DNA from: a virus
Strand: one strand, 5' to 3'
IMG/VR virus record: IMGVR_UViG_3300021963_004549
Coordinates: 5,904 to 69,903 of that record
DNA: 64,000 nt
Made by a program: the position numbers and the translations under genes. The notes below the pieces were generated by a model that saw only the letters and a list, made by a program, of their open reading frames with translations, ran no database searches and was not told where the DNA came from. This document shows positions 17,653-27,371 of the stretch, piece by piece. Within the stretch, counting starts at the first letter, position 1, and every line of letters begins with the position of its first letter.

Positions 17653-18196
17653 GTTCTTTGATTTTATCTAGGTCAAGAATTTCTTTTTCTTCCATAAAAC
17701 CATACCAGACTTCCATATCATCATCAAATACTACATCAAACTTTTCTTCCCAGAACTGTCTCAAATCTTCTGTTTTATTAAAGATTCTGTATTGAAGAGA
17801 CAACTCATCCTTTTGTAAGCCATTTTTATTTATTTTGATAGTTTTAGGGAAAATCTGCTGGAATTTTCTAGAAGTTTGGGAATATTTGCCTTGTTTTACC
17901 AATTCTATATCAGGCATTAGCCTTGGATTAATTTGATAAACTACAACAACATAACCCTCTTCATAATCATAATCATCTATAATAGACTTAGTCTTTTCAT
18001 ATTCACCATCTAGAAACACTCTAAATTTATCTAGGTCCTCAGGCTTAAATAAAAGATAGACAGAATCCTTGTATTGAACATCTCTTCTGCTATCTTTTAT
18101 AAAACCATTGACAAACCCATTATTTACTAGTTTTTCTTTACCAATACTAAATATTGGTACAATGAATATACTGGTGATTGTCTTTGTTGTCTCCAT
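17645..18196 (-). CDS. hypothetical protein
   Basis: ORF. Confidence 0.4.
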   Translation of the reverse strand: METTKTITSIFIVPIFSIGKEKLVNNGFVNGFIKDSRRDVQYKDSVYLLFKPEDLDKFRVFLDGEYEKTKSIIDDYDYEEGYVVVVYQINPRLMPDIELVKQGKYSQTSRKFQQIFPKTIKINKNGLQKDELSLQYRIFNKTEDLRQFWEEKFDVVFDDDMEVWYGFMEEKEILDLDKIKEHV

Positions 18197-19239
18197 TAAC
18201 CTAATTTTACTAACCCGTTATTTAAATAATTTTCTCTTGAAATGTTCCACTTATCATTCTTAATAGCCCATTTGAGGTCTTCAATGATAGATTTAACACC
18301 TGGATACTTTCTACTCTTGTGCTCAAATCCTTGTTCAGCATCTTGGAATGACTTATCATCCATTGTAAATACCAGTGGACATGCATAGTTTGTGCTGTCA
18401 CATACAATAAATCTAGGAGGTAATATCTCATATCCTACAGCTACTAGCTCATCAAACATGTGCTTTGCTGCAAAGAAATACAAATAGCCCTGTATATAAG
18501 CTCTACGATAGAGATAATACTCTTCATAGAAGTTTTCTACAGACCACGTGCATTTAAGATCATATACCTGGATTGTCTTCTCTGTATGGTCAACAATCAC
18601 CTTATCCATCATGCTCTTGAACATATGTCCAAATACAACATATCCTTCTACTTGGAGCTGATTATATACATTGTAGCGTGCACTATTAACTAGGTTTACA
18701 ATTGGTGCTGTAAAATCATTAGTCTTAAGCTCTTCTACAATCTTCTCTGCGTTAGCTATATCCTGTGTGGTAACAACGGTGAGGCCTTTACTTCTCACCT
18801 CACGGATTTCTTTGTAATAGATTTCTGCATCAGATCCTATGAATTTAGCAAGAACAGCATCAATCTTAATCTTGAATCCAGAATCTACATATGCATCTTT
18901 CATGATGTCTTCCATCTCTCTTGTAACTACACCATCTTCATTTGTAGCTGCAGCTGTATGTCTATACAATGCTTCTACGAATTCTAGCATAAGATTGGTT
19001 GGTGCACTAGTAACAGTTGACATATAAAACCTGGTATCAAATAACTCAGGTTCCATAAGCAATGTTTCTACCACTCTACCAATAACTGATGCTGCTGTGT
19101 CTTTATCCTCTACCTTCTCATTTAGGACATACTTCTTGTGGTATTTCTTTCTGTCCGTGGAAAAGTCCTTCAAGCTTGAGGAACTGTCCATTACTACAGC
19201 CCTATAAGCTGCTTCTGTCCTGTTTGGTCCTTGTATCAT
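18196..19239 (-). CDS. putative PD-(D/E)xK nuclease (lambda Exo/YqaJ-like)
   Basis: IVDHTEKTIQVYDLKCT resembles the D..(E/D)xK(C) core of YqaJ/lambda exonuclease. Confidence 0.3.
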   Translation of the reverse strand: MIQGPNRTEAAYRAVVMDSSSSLKDFSTDRKKYHKKYVLNEKVEDKDTAASVIGRVVETLLMEPELFDTRFYMSTVTSAPTNLMLEFVEALYRHTAAATNEDGVVTREMEDIMKDAYVDSGFKIKIDAVLAKFIGSDAEIYYKEIREVRSKGLTVVTTQDIANAEKIVEELKTNDFTAPIVNLVNSARYNVYNQLQVEGYVVFGHMFKSMMDKVIVDHTEKTIQVYDLKCTWSVENFYEEYYLYRRAYIQGYLYFFAAKHMFDELVAVGYEILPPRFIVCDSTNYACPLVFTMDDKSFQDAEQGFEHKSRKYPGVKSIIEDLKWAIKNDKWNISRENYLNNGLVKLG

Positions 19240-19471
19240 TTAGTGTTTGTTTAAAAGATTCTATAATATAGGGATGCATTGCTCTAACCTCCCTTGGTAC
19301 CCTCTGAAAGAACCATCTAACCTCTAGTTCATAAGGATCTCCCTTATCATCTACATTTCTTGGATGGATTAACCAGAAATAGTGCTTCTCTGAGTTATAT
19401 GTAATATATCCCTCATGCCATATCTCTGTGAACGATGGTTCTTTATTGATTGTTATCTCTAAGTCACTCAT
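19202..19471 (-). CDS. hypothetical protein
   Basis: ORF. Confidence 0.35.
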   Translation of the reverse strand: MSDLEITINKEPSFTEIWHEGYITYNSEKHYFWLIHPRNVDDKGDPYELEVRWFFQRVPREVRAMHPYIIESFKQTLNDTRTKQDRSSL

Positions 19472-19869
19472 TTCTTCTCTAATTTAGTTTTTACATCATG
19501 ACATGATTCACATAACACCTGTAGATTATCTAGTTCACAGAACAGACGCTCTACAAATCCTGCTAAGTCCTCTTTACAGTTAAGACTACCTGCAGGTTTA
19601 ATGTGATCTACGTTAATTTGTTTCTCTGGAAACCATGCTTTACAGCTATTGCATTGATATTCAAACTTCTGTCTCTTACTGGGACCTTTATATGCCCTAC
19701 GAGCTTTCATCTTGCATTCTGTAATAGGTTTCCACCATCTAGACTTCTGTCTTAAAGCACTTCTAATGAAGCTCCAAAATGCTGATTCTGTCATAGTACC
19801 ACCATTTCTCACTTTTGGATTTTTAGCTCTAGGTATCTTTGCTCTTCTCTTTGTTGCGTTCTTTTTCAT
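19468..19869 (-). CDS. HNH endonuclease
   Basis: YQCNSC..NVDHIKPAGS..NLQVLCESCHDVKT. Confidence 0.6.
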   Translation of the reverse strand: MKKNATKRRAKIPRAKNPKVRNGGTMTESAFWSFIRSALRQKSRWWKPITECKMKARRAYKGPSKRQKFEYQCNSCKAWFPEKQINVDHIKPAGSLNCKEDLAGFVERLFCELDNLQVLCESCHDVKTKLEKK

Positions 19870-19914
19870 AAGCTTAATATAAGACCAGGGATTTTAGCCC
19901 CTGGTCCTACAAAG

Positions 19915-21552
19915 TTAGTCAATATTTACGATTCTCTTAGAGATTTCTTGTCTTATTTCGTCAAGACTCTTAACAATTTTAAGTACTTCTACAGCAGATA
20001 AAGCAGGGAGATTGAACTCATACTTCTTAGCTTCTGCAATAAAGCCTTCTCTAGCTTTTGTACCTAAATTTTCCAATTCGCGAATTGCATAGCTCTCATC
20101 AAGCTCCATTGTATCAAAGTCTAGATCATGTAAGATTTCTGTTGCTTCTTCACGAGGAACAGTCATGATTGGTAAATACTCATAGCATCTACCCTTAGAC
20201 TCACCAATACCTACAACCTTCATTGGATTGATAAGTACAAGAACAGAAGTATCACCACAACCTACATAATGAATCTCATCACTAGTGAAGTGTAAACCTT
20301 CAGCACCACAATCATCAGTATTCCATCTACATTGCTCCATAGGCATGTTTACTGGTCTACCAATTCTGATGTCAAATGTCTTTGTGTGAGCATCTGTAAA
20401 TCTATTCTCTGCTCTATTAGGCAAATCAAGATAGAGTTCAGTTAGATTACCAATCATTTCACCATACTGGCTTTCTTCATTTGCATAAACCTTGCCTGTA
20501 CCATCACACTCTGGACACTCACAGCTATCGTCATAATAAGAATCAGTCTCTTCATCATATTCATCAGCCTCACAAGGAACAGTTCCATTTTCATCACAAT
20601 ATGTACATGGCTCTAACTCATAAAGAAGAGACTTAGCAACCATTTTATATTCACCATTTTTTAAGAATATAACATAATCAGATGGGTTCTTCTTCCATAC
20701 AGCTTTAGTTTTGTTGTAAGCATTGCTGATGAATTGTACCAGTTCTGTAGATCCATGTAATGTTACAACGTTACGTAATGCTACAAAGAATCCTTGCTTG
20801 GTGATACGGAAGCTATTCTTCTTTAGGAAGTTGTATAGCTTATCAGCCACCTCAGCTCTAGGATTTAAGCAACACCACATAAAGAAACGCTTAAGAGATT
20901 GATACTCTTCGTCTTCTTGTATAAGTTCATTCACCTCATCGATTTCTCTATCTGTTACATTATCCATAGAGTTGTAACTGTGATTACCAATAATACGTAA
21001 GAACTCATCTACCATCAAAGGTGGGATGCTTCTGTTGATTCCCTTGATATAAAGAGATCCGTCTTTCATCTCAAAATCATCAAACTTAGCTAGATACTCA
21101 GCACCTTTTTGAATAGCCTTGGCTTTCTCATATTTAGCCTGTGCTTCCTGCTTTTCCTTTAGTATATCTGGAGAACCTACAAGGGTCAACAAACAAGCTT
21201 CTGTCTTACATTCTCTGGCATTATTAAAGTCTTCTGCTGTAGCTTTAGACTTAGTGATGATAGAACCATCATTAAGCACCACTGTAAGCACATCATTCAC
21301 AATCTTAATATTGGAATAAGGCTTAGAAATAGGAACACTATTGTAAGTTTGATAGCTCGATTCTCCTGCAGGAATATTAATAATTGGATTCCACGCACCT
21401 GTAGTTGTTGAAAAATAAGATGGCTCTTTGCTCTCTCCTGGTTCTAAATGTCTTAATGTCTTCTCTAGTCTTTTAACTTCAATCTCATGTTGTAATTCAT
21501 CTAATTGCTTTTGTTTCTGGCTCTTGAACCAGTTTAAACTGAATAGTCCCAT
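19915..21552 (-). CDS. hypothetical protein with coiled-coil N-terminus and DnaJ-like CxxCxGxG zinc-finger repeats
   Basis: CTYCDENGTVPC and CECPECDGTGKV. Confidence 0.4.
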   Translation of the reverse strand: MGLFSLNWFKSQKQKQLDELQHEIEVKRLEKTLRHLEPGESKEPSYFSTTTGAWNPIINIPAGESSYQTYNSVPISKPYSNIKIVNDVLTVVLNDGSIITKSKATAEDFNNARECKTEACLLTLVGSPDILKEKQEAQAKYEKAKAIQKGAEYLAKFDDFEMKDGSLYIKGINRSIPPLMVDEFLRIIGNHSYNSMDNVTDREIDEVNELIQEDEEYQSLKRFFMWCCLNPRAEVADKLYNFLKKNSFRITKQGFFVALRNVVTLHGSTELVQFISNAYNKTKAVWKKNPSDYVIFLKNGEYKMVAKSLLYELEPCTYCDENGTVPCEADEYDEETDSYYDDSCECPECDGTGKVYANEESQYGEMIGNLTELYLDLPNRAENRFTDAHTKTFDIRIGRPVNMPMEQCRWNTDDCGAEGLHFTSDEIHYVGCGDTSVLVLINPMKVVGIGESKGRCYEYLPIMTVPREEATEILHDLDFDTMELDESYAIRELENLGTKAREGFIAEAKKYEFNLPALSAVEVLKIVKSLDEIRQEISKRIVNID

Positions 21553-21593
21553 TGTGTTTTGTTTTTTGTTTTAAAATAAATGTATTAAAAAGA

Positions 21594-21666
21594 GAAATAT
21601 ATTGCTCATTTGGGGGAAAAATGCATGAAATTTTAGAAAAATTCATGCAAATGAGCAATATATTTC
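21594..21666. promoter_or_regulatory. 73-bp nested near-perfect palindrome between two co-directional minus-strand genes
   Basis: 19-bp perfect arms gaaatatattgctcatttg / caaatgagcaatatatttc enclosing tgcatgaa / ttcatgca. Confidence 0.5.
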
Positions 21667-21674
21667 CTTTTTTG

Positions 21675-23990
21675 TTATAAATTCTCTACCAACTGCTCTA
21701 CAGAAGCTTCTGTTAACTCTTCTACTACCTCTTCATTAATACGAATGTTGTAGTGTTTCCAGTCAATTCTATGTCCATGATACTTGAATAGATCACGGAA
21801 TGCACTGATTATTGGAGAGTTATCATTATCATAACTCTGTATTTTGTCTGACATAGCTTCAATGAACGGTAATCTTTCTAGAAGGTTCTTCACTTCCACA
21901 TACTCATGATATATCTCCATATCAAATAAGTTATGTGTTTGAGCCACTTCTAGCATAGCTAAATGCACTGTATTATTACCATGGCAATGATGTTCATTCT
22001 TGTAACCATTTAGTCTTTGCATCTTTTCATACAAATCTGTAGAGATGAGACTTATTTTTTCTCTTCTAATGAATGATCTACTAAACTTATTATGTAATTC
22101 ATTAATTAGATAGGCTGTTACAATTCTCTTGAATGGTTTGTTTTTACCTTCCATAAACTTACTTAAAGGGATTAGATTGTGTATATCAATAGTAGATAGT
22201 GTCTTAAGTTCTCTCTCAGAGAAAACAGCTAGTTCTATCTTACTTTTATTGATAATTGAATATAGTTTATCCATAGTGGAGATATCTGCCTGGGTACCAT
22301 AGATAACAAGCTTGTTATACTTATGCATTTCAGCAAGGCCATAAATCTTGCTAACCAGTTTAGAATTCTTACCATCTACACTTCTTTCTAAATCCACTAA
22401 TTGTCTACCAATCACCTCACCTTCTAACTTAACTCTTCTCACCTTTGTTCCACCAACAGTAACAGTGATTCCCTTTTGCTTCTTCCTAGAATCTAGGAAA
22501 GCTTGTGGTATAACCATCTCATCAAGGTTGATAAAGGTAGATGTAAGAGAAGCTAATACAGTTTGAAACTCTGCAATAAGCTCTCTCCACTCAGTTCTTG
22601 GATAATTTTCCAAATCAAGAAGCTTCATGTAAGTGTCATAATCATTCATCTTTGTAAGACTACCCAATTTGAATGTCTTCACCTTTCTAATGAAATATGC
22701 ATGTCTGCTCTTTGGAGCTATACTCTTAATATAATCCTTCATAGCACCACTAATCTTCTCAGAATAGAAATAGTGTGGTTCATCGTTTCTGTTTATAACA
22801 TCAACACCACTTCTCCAATAGCTCTTCACCTGAGACATTCTACCATTGTAAAGCTCAAACTTCTTATCATACTCACCAAGGATGTATTCCTTGTTTCTGA
22901 CAAGTTTTTGTAAGTCAAGCTTCTTTAGACTGCTCACCCTAGGAGAAGCGATTAGAACACTACCATGTTTAACTAAATCACTTAAATCAAAGTTAGTATT
23001 CTTACCAGGAACATCAACATATCTTCTGTTTGTAGCATGATATCTCAATACAGCCATGAAATCATCAGAATCAGCAACAGTTTCATTGTATTTAGTAATA
23101 AAATGATCAACCATTTTACCAATCTTAGCTAGGATGATATCTTTAGCTTCCTTGGTATATCTGATGGATTCTCTATTTGGTGTAGGGAACAAACCATCTG
23201 TAAGACTAAATCTTAAACCTACAGGAACGCTTATTCTATCAATACCTAATCTAGTGAAATCCAATGGATAATACACGTTATCTAAACAAATATGTAAATA
23301 ACTATCTCTGGATAGGCTAGAAGCTTGATAGTGTTCTGATCTATGGATAGTGAAATCATTGCTCACCTCATTATCTAGTACATTGAAATACACGTTCTCA
23401 AAATAAGCTAGCTGCTCTTTAGTCTTACGTACAAAATCATGTCTATCGTAATAGTTGACTGGTATAGTCACCTTAACACCGTTTGGCTGATCTGTGGGAG
23501 TCTCATGAAGTAAATCAATTGAATTCACTTCTTCTCCCTCATACATCATGTATTTTCTTTCTGTTCCATTTTTCCTTGCAGTAAAATAGAAGGTAGATGT
23601 GTATGCTAGTGGGGCCTTAAAACCAAGACCCATCATGCCTAATTCTGTGTTGCTATTACGCTTTGTACTTTTACCATATTTGCTGATGATATTAACTACA
23701 TCATCTGCATCTAAACCAATACCAAAATCCTCTACAGAGAATTCATAGTTATCATGGTTATTCCTATTGAGGCTAACAATGATTGGTTTATCAATGCCTG
23801 CTCTTCTGTGACTGTCTAATGCATTAGAGGCACACTCACGAATGGTGGAACCTATTGCATCTGAATATAAATTCTTACTTAACATTTGCATTAGCACCTG
23901 AGCTGAGTCCAGGTCTAATGACATTCCAATTGATTCTTGTGATTCTCCTTCTTGTAGGATAGTTGCTTCTGTCTGTTTTTCTAGTATCAT
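21675..23990 (-). CDS. GHKL-superfamily ATPase domain protein (Bergerat fold; Hsp90/MutL/MORC-like)
   Basis: ECASNALDSH, EDFGIGL, GMMGLGF; no TOPRIM motifs in the C-terminal 500 aa. Confidence 0.5.
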   Translation of the reverse strand: MILEKQTEATILQEGESQESIGMSLDLDSAQVLMQMLSKNLYSDAIGSTIRECASNALDSHRRAGIDKPIIVSLNRNNHDNYEFSVEDFGIGLDADDVVNIISKYGKSTKRNSNTELGMMGLGFKAPLAYTSTFYFTARKNGTERKYMMYEGEEVNSIDLLHETPTDQPNGVKVTIPVNYYDRHDFVRKTKEQLAYFENVYFNVLDNEVSNDFTIHRSEHYQASSLSRDSYLHICLDNVYYPLDFTRLGIDRISVPVGLRFSLTDGLFPTPNRESIRYTKEAKDIILAKIGKMVDHFITKYNETVADSDDFMAVLRYHATNRRYVDVPGKNTNFDLSDLVKHGSVLIASPRVSSLKKLDLQKLVRNKEYILGEYDKKFELYNGRMSQVKSYWRSGVDVINRNDEPHYFYSEKISGAMKDYIKSIAPKSRHAYFIRKVKTFKLGSLTKMNDYDTYMKLLDLENYPRTEWRELIAEFQTVLASLTSTFINLDEMVIPQAFLDSRKKQKGITVTVGGTKVRRVKLEGEVIGRQLVDLERSVDGKNSKLVSKIYGLAEMHKYNKLVIYGTQADISTMDKLYSIINKSKIELAVFSERELKTLSTIDIHNLIPLSKFMEGKNKPFKRIVTAYLINELHNKFSRSFIRREKISLISTDLYEKMQRLNGYKNEHHCHGNNTVHLAMLEVAQTHNLFDMEIYHEYVEVKNLLERLPFIEAMSDKIQSYDNDNSPIISAFRDLFKYHGHRIDWKHYNIRINEEVVEELTEASVEQLVENL

Positions 23991-23992
23991 GA

Positions 23993-24358
23993 TTAGTATT
24001 TTACGTCGATGTTAAAGTTTTTTAGTGCTTCTTTTGCTACTCTGATGTCTTCTATGTCTATTTGGTTTGTAATGTTTTCTCTGTTCAATTTCATTATTCG
24101 TGTATCTCTTGGTGTGTTAATGTAACACTTCCAAAATCTATTTAACTTAAGAGGTTCTGTAGGTTTTCCTTGAGCAGTTAATTCTGCTGTTTTTACGTTA
24201 AAACGTTCCATACAATGCTTAACAGCATTAGGCATGTAATACTGAACAGTTCCTCCTATTCCTCTACCATAGTAAATACCTATTGAGAAATCATTACCAT
24301 TAGCAATAGCAATGAGGTCTCCCTTTTCAATTGTTTCTCCAAATCTAACTTTGTACAT
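23993..24358 (-). CDS. hypothetical protein
   Basis: ORF. Confidence 0.4.
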   Translation of the reverse strand: MYKVRFGETIEKGDLIAIANGNDFSIGIYYGRGIGGTVQYYMPNAVKHCMERFNVKTAELTAQGKPTEPLKLNRFWKCYINTPRDTRIMKLNRENITNQIDIEDIRVAKEALKNFNIDVKY

Positions 24359-24360
24359 AA

Positions 24361-24660
24361 TTAAATAGTTTTAATAAGTTCTGATTTTCTGATTTCTATT
24401 TTTTCATCCATGTGCATCATTAACATAACAAGCATTTCACGTGCTTCGTTATAGTCTAGTTCTATTACCTTCTTATCAGGAAATTTGAACTTAATACCAT
24501 TACCATCGTCTGTTAACTTTAATGCTGTTTCTCCTCCACATGTCCAATCTTTATGATGTGAGTATTTTAATGTGTCTACCGCACCTCCCATTATAAGATC
24601 GTAATCATATTCTAAATCTTCACTTCTGTTGTTTTCTACATACACTTGTAATTCTTCCAT
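24361..24660 (-). CDS. hypothetical protein
   Basis: ORF. Confidence 0.4.
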   Translation of the reverse strand: MEELQVYVENNRSEDLEYDYDLIMGGAVDTLKYSHHKDWTCGGETALKLTDDGNGIKFKFPDKKVIELDYNEAREMLVMLMMHMDEKIEIRKSELIKTI

Positions 24661-24670
24661 AATTTTAGTT

Positions 24671-25387
24671 TTAGAATGGCACTTTTTCTAGCCAATCGAT
24701 TTCTGTATTATTGTTTTCTTTTAATATCTTGTTTAGCTTAGTAAATACACCTTCTGTATCCCAATCAGTTTGCTTGTAAGAAGCACTGGCTGGATGACTT
24801 ACAGTGAATGACCAACTAAACGGTGGTACATATCTCTCATACTTGGAAGCATCTTTCCCTAAGAACAGAATAGGCACTCCTGTATAGGATAGCACCTCTT
24901 CAAATAAATACTTAGTGAAAGGTTCCCAGATATCAATATGTGAACCTGCTTTATTGATTTCAGTGGTTAAAGCTGCGTTATACATAAGAACTCCTTGTTT
25001 AGCCAAATAGGTAACATCTGGATTCTTTAGTATAGTGAGATTTAATCCCTCATACAACTCTTTTTCTATACCATCATAGAACTTTGTAAGAGAAGGTTGT
25101 AATATACCTGTTGTAGAACAGCCCATTAACAAACCTTCTGCTATAGGACTACCATTCTTTAATGTGTGGTAAGGGCACATACCCACCATAACCATTTTTA
25201 GGTCATCTAGTGAAGTCTCTAAAAAGCATCTATAAACATTAGGAGAAAGAGGAGCAATCTTCTTGCCCCTCTGACTCTCTGATTTTAGGAATTTATAGAT
25301 GTTATCACAAGCTTCACTTTCAATGAATGGCTGTATAAGTCTATGCCATGATGGATGAAATTGTGATTCAAATTTGTTCCAATTCAT
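24671..25387 (-). CDS. uracil-DNA glycosylase family 1 homolog, divergent (GQDPYH replaced by GMCPYH)
   Basis: collinear with E. coli Ung: SESQRGKKIAP..VYRCF..LKMVMVGMCPYH vs SERQSGVTIYP..VFNAF..VKVVILGQDPYH; SHPASAS vs HPSPLSA; GVLMYNAAL vs GVLLLNTVL. Confidence 0.55.
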   Translation of the reverse strand: MNWNKFESQFHPSWHRLIQPFIESEACDNIYKFLKSESQRGKKIAPLSPNVYRCFLETSLDDLKMVMVGMCPYHTLKNGSPIAEGLLMGCSTTGILQPSLTKFYDGIEKELYEGLNLTILKNPDVTYLAKQGVLMYNAALTTEINKAGSHIDIWEPFTKYLFEEVLSYTGVPILFLGKDASKYERYVPPFSWSFTVSHPASASYKQTDWDTEGVFTKLNKILKENNNTEIDWLEKVPF

Positions 25388-25388
25388 A

Positions 25389-26159
25389 TTAAAATAATTC
25401 TAATTGTTCTAATTGCATAATAACAGGCACCTCATCTTTTGGTGTATGAAGTCCTGAAGCATCTACAAAGAATGAATGTGCTTTAATGTGACTACTCATC
25501 CAGTTTGCAGGATGTGTTTCCTTCATAGCAAATGTTGTGTAGTTGTACAACTCCCATAAGCTATCAGGTGCACCATAATCATGTGTAGGGCTAGTTAATT
25601 CTCTGGTAATGATATTCAATTGTGTAGATGTAATGAACTGCTCTTCAATCATCATTCTACCAATCAATTCAGCTTTAACACGCTTAGTAACTTCCACTTG
25701 CTTCATTTGATCTCTCTGGAACTGAATAGTTCTAAAGCTTTCTCCTGCAGCCTTGATGTATTCACTAATAGCATTTGGTGTAAATGATTGTATCTCACCT
25801 ACGTGTTTCTTCTTAAATGCACCATAATCACCTGATACACAACCATTCTGACAAATCATAATGCGTGTACCTAGGGCAAACTTTAATGTAAGTTGCTTGT
25901 TGTAGCTATTCTGCCAGCCAATCTCTAATTGCATCTCACTATCCATTACATTCTTGATAGTAAATCTACCATTAGCAATCTGACCATTTGTACTAGCTGT
26001 GTATGTTTCTTTGTCTAATACAAATCCAGCCTTCTGAATGCCATCCATTGTAAGATCAATCAATTGACCGTGGCTAACTGGTTTGTAAGTTCTTGTCTGT
26101 GCAGGAATATCTGCTGCAAGAATCAATTCTTTCGTTGTGTTGTAGTTCTCAGTTTTCAT
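25389..26159 (-). CDS. hypothetical protein (replication/recombination module)
   Basis: ORF. Confidence 0.4.
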   Translation of the reverse strand: MKTENYNTTKELILAADIPAQTRTYKPVSHGQLIDLTMDGIQKAGFVLDKETYTASTNGQIANGRFTIKNVMDSEMQLEIGWQNSYNKQLTLKFALGTRIMICQNGCVSGDYGAFKKKHVGEIQSFTPNAISEYIKAAGESFRTIQFQRDQMKQVEVTKRVKAELIGRMMIEEQFITSTQLNIITRELTSPTHDYGAPDSLWELYNYTTFAMKETHPANWMSSHIKAHSFFVDASGLHTPKDEVPVIMQLEQLELF

Positions 26160-26306
26160 ACTCTTCTGTTAGTTTAATTTCTGTTTTAAAATATTGTGAT
26201 AATATACCTTCCAGGTTCTCAATACCAATACACTCCACTTCATCTCCTTCTGTTGTTTCAAGAAATTCTATTTCGTTTCTAATAGCTTCTTTTAAATCAT
26301 GCAGTG

Positions 26307-27329
26307 TCATAAAATGTGTTTTTGTTTTAAATAATCTTCAATAGATTGTAAACCATGAGCTTTTGCTAGATCAGCCCAGTCCTTTATACCCTCTGTTAGA
26401 TACTTACGGGGAACATTAGCATAATCAAAATCAAATAGCTTGGTAATCTGTTGTGAGTTAGTTACACCTGTAACATCGCTATCAAAACTGAGGATTTGTC
26501 TGTCAGAATTAGCTTTAAGATATTCTAGGTTCTCTGGAGAGAAACATCCAACACCTTCATTCTGTACAGCACAGCTACATGGAAAGATCTTCTTCATAAC
26601 CATATAGTCTTTCTTGCTCTTATTGATGAATGCCACCTTGCAATTAACTATGTCCTCTTTACCATCCATAGCGGTGATAGGAACATTGTTAGGTAACCAT
26701 TTGGTTTTCTTATCTCCAAACGGTGTATAAATCTTCCAATGTCCATCATAGAAATAACCAAACCTCATTTCCTGACCATTAGTGTAGAACAAACTTTTGT
26801 TCAAATACACCTTTTTGATAGAATAGACGTTGTTACTTTTTAGATCCTCTATATCTATATGATATTGATTCCAATAGGCTAACTCCTCTTGTGTAAACTT
26901 CTTTGTTACCACCTGGATGAGAGAATATCTCTTAACAGCATCTGGTTGTTTGTATTCAGCTGTTATTTTCTTGTATTGCTCTGTACCCTTGGTAACTATT
27001 CCTAATCCAAAATCTCTGTCTATAATCTTTAACACATCATTCATACTAGATAGATTGTGAAGGAGCTTAACAAACTCAAAACAATCACCTCTTTTACTGG
27101 TATCAGCAAAGTCAATAAATGATATAAAGCCCCTTTTATTCCCTATTACAAAGGAAGGATTGTTCTCATTCCTGAATGGAGAATAGGTCACTTGGTTAAG
27201 CTTCCAACTCTTATCAGGCATATAGAACCTAAATATATCATAATCAGTTATCTTGTCTAGTACGGACTCTGGTGTAAGCTTTGTTTTTCTTTTTCCGTTT
27301 ATCATATATATAAAGTTAAAACCCCCCAC
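26307..27329 (-). CDS. putative DnaG-like primase with degenerate zinc-binding domain
   Basis: YSPFRNENNPSFVIGNKRGFISFIDFADTSKRGDCFEFV parallels DnaG CPFHxEKTPSFsV..CFGCG..DvIdFv with the Cys/His ligands substituted. Confidence 0.35.
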   Translation of the reverse strand: MGGFNFIYMINGKRKTKLTPESVLDKITDYDIFRFYMPDKSWKLNQVTYSPFRNENNPSFVIGNKRGFISFIDFADTSKRGDCFEFVKLLHNLSSMNDVLKIIDRDFGLGIVTKGTEQYKKITAEYKQPDAVKRYSLIQVVTKKFTQEELAYWNQYHIDIEDLKSNNVYSIKKVYLNKSLFYTNGQEMRFGYFYDGHWKIYTPFGDKKTKWLPNNVPITAMDGKEDIVNCKVAFINKSKKDYMVMKKIFPCSCAVQNEGVGCFSPENLEYLKANSDRQILSFDSDVTGVTNSQQITKLFDFDYANVPRKYLTEGIKDWADLAKAHGLQSIEDYLKQKHIL

Positions 27330-27371
27330 CTTTTTACAGATGAGGGGCTTTTATAGGGGGAGGGGACAAAA

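Noticed and set aside
21675-23990. GHKL ATPase read as a topoisomerase II or gyrase B subunit
   Set aside because: No TOPRIM or gyrase signature motifs were found, and the neighbouring 545-aa protein lacks an active-site-Tyr breakage-reunion domain.
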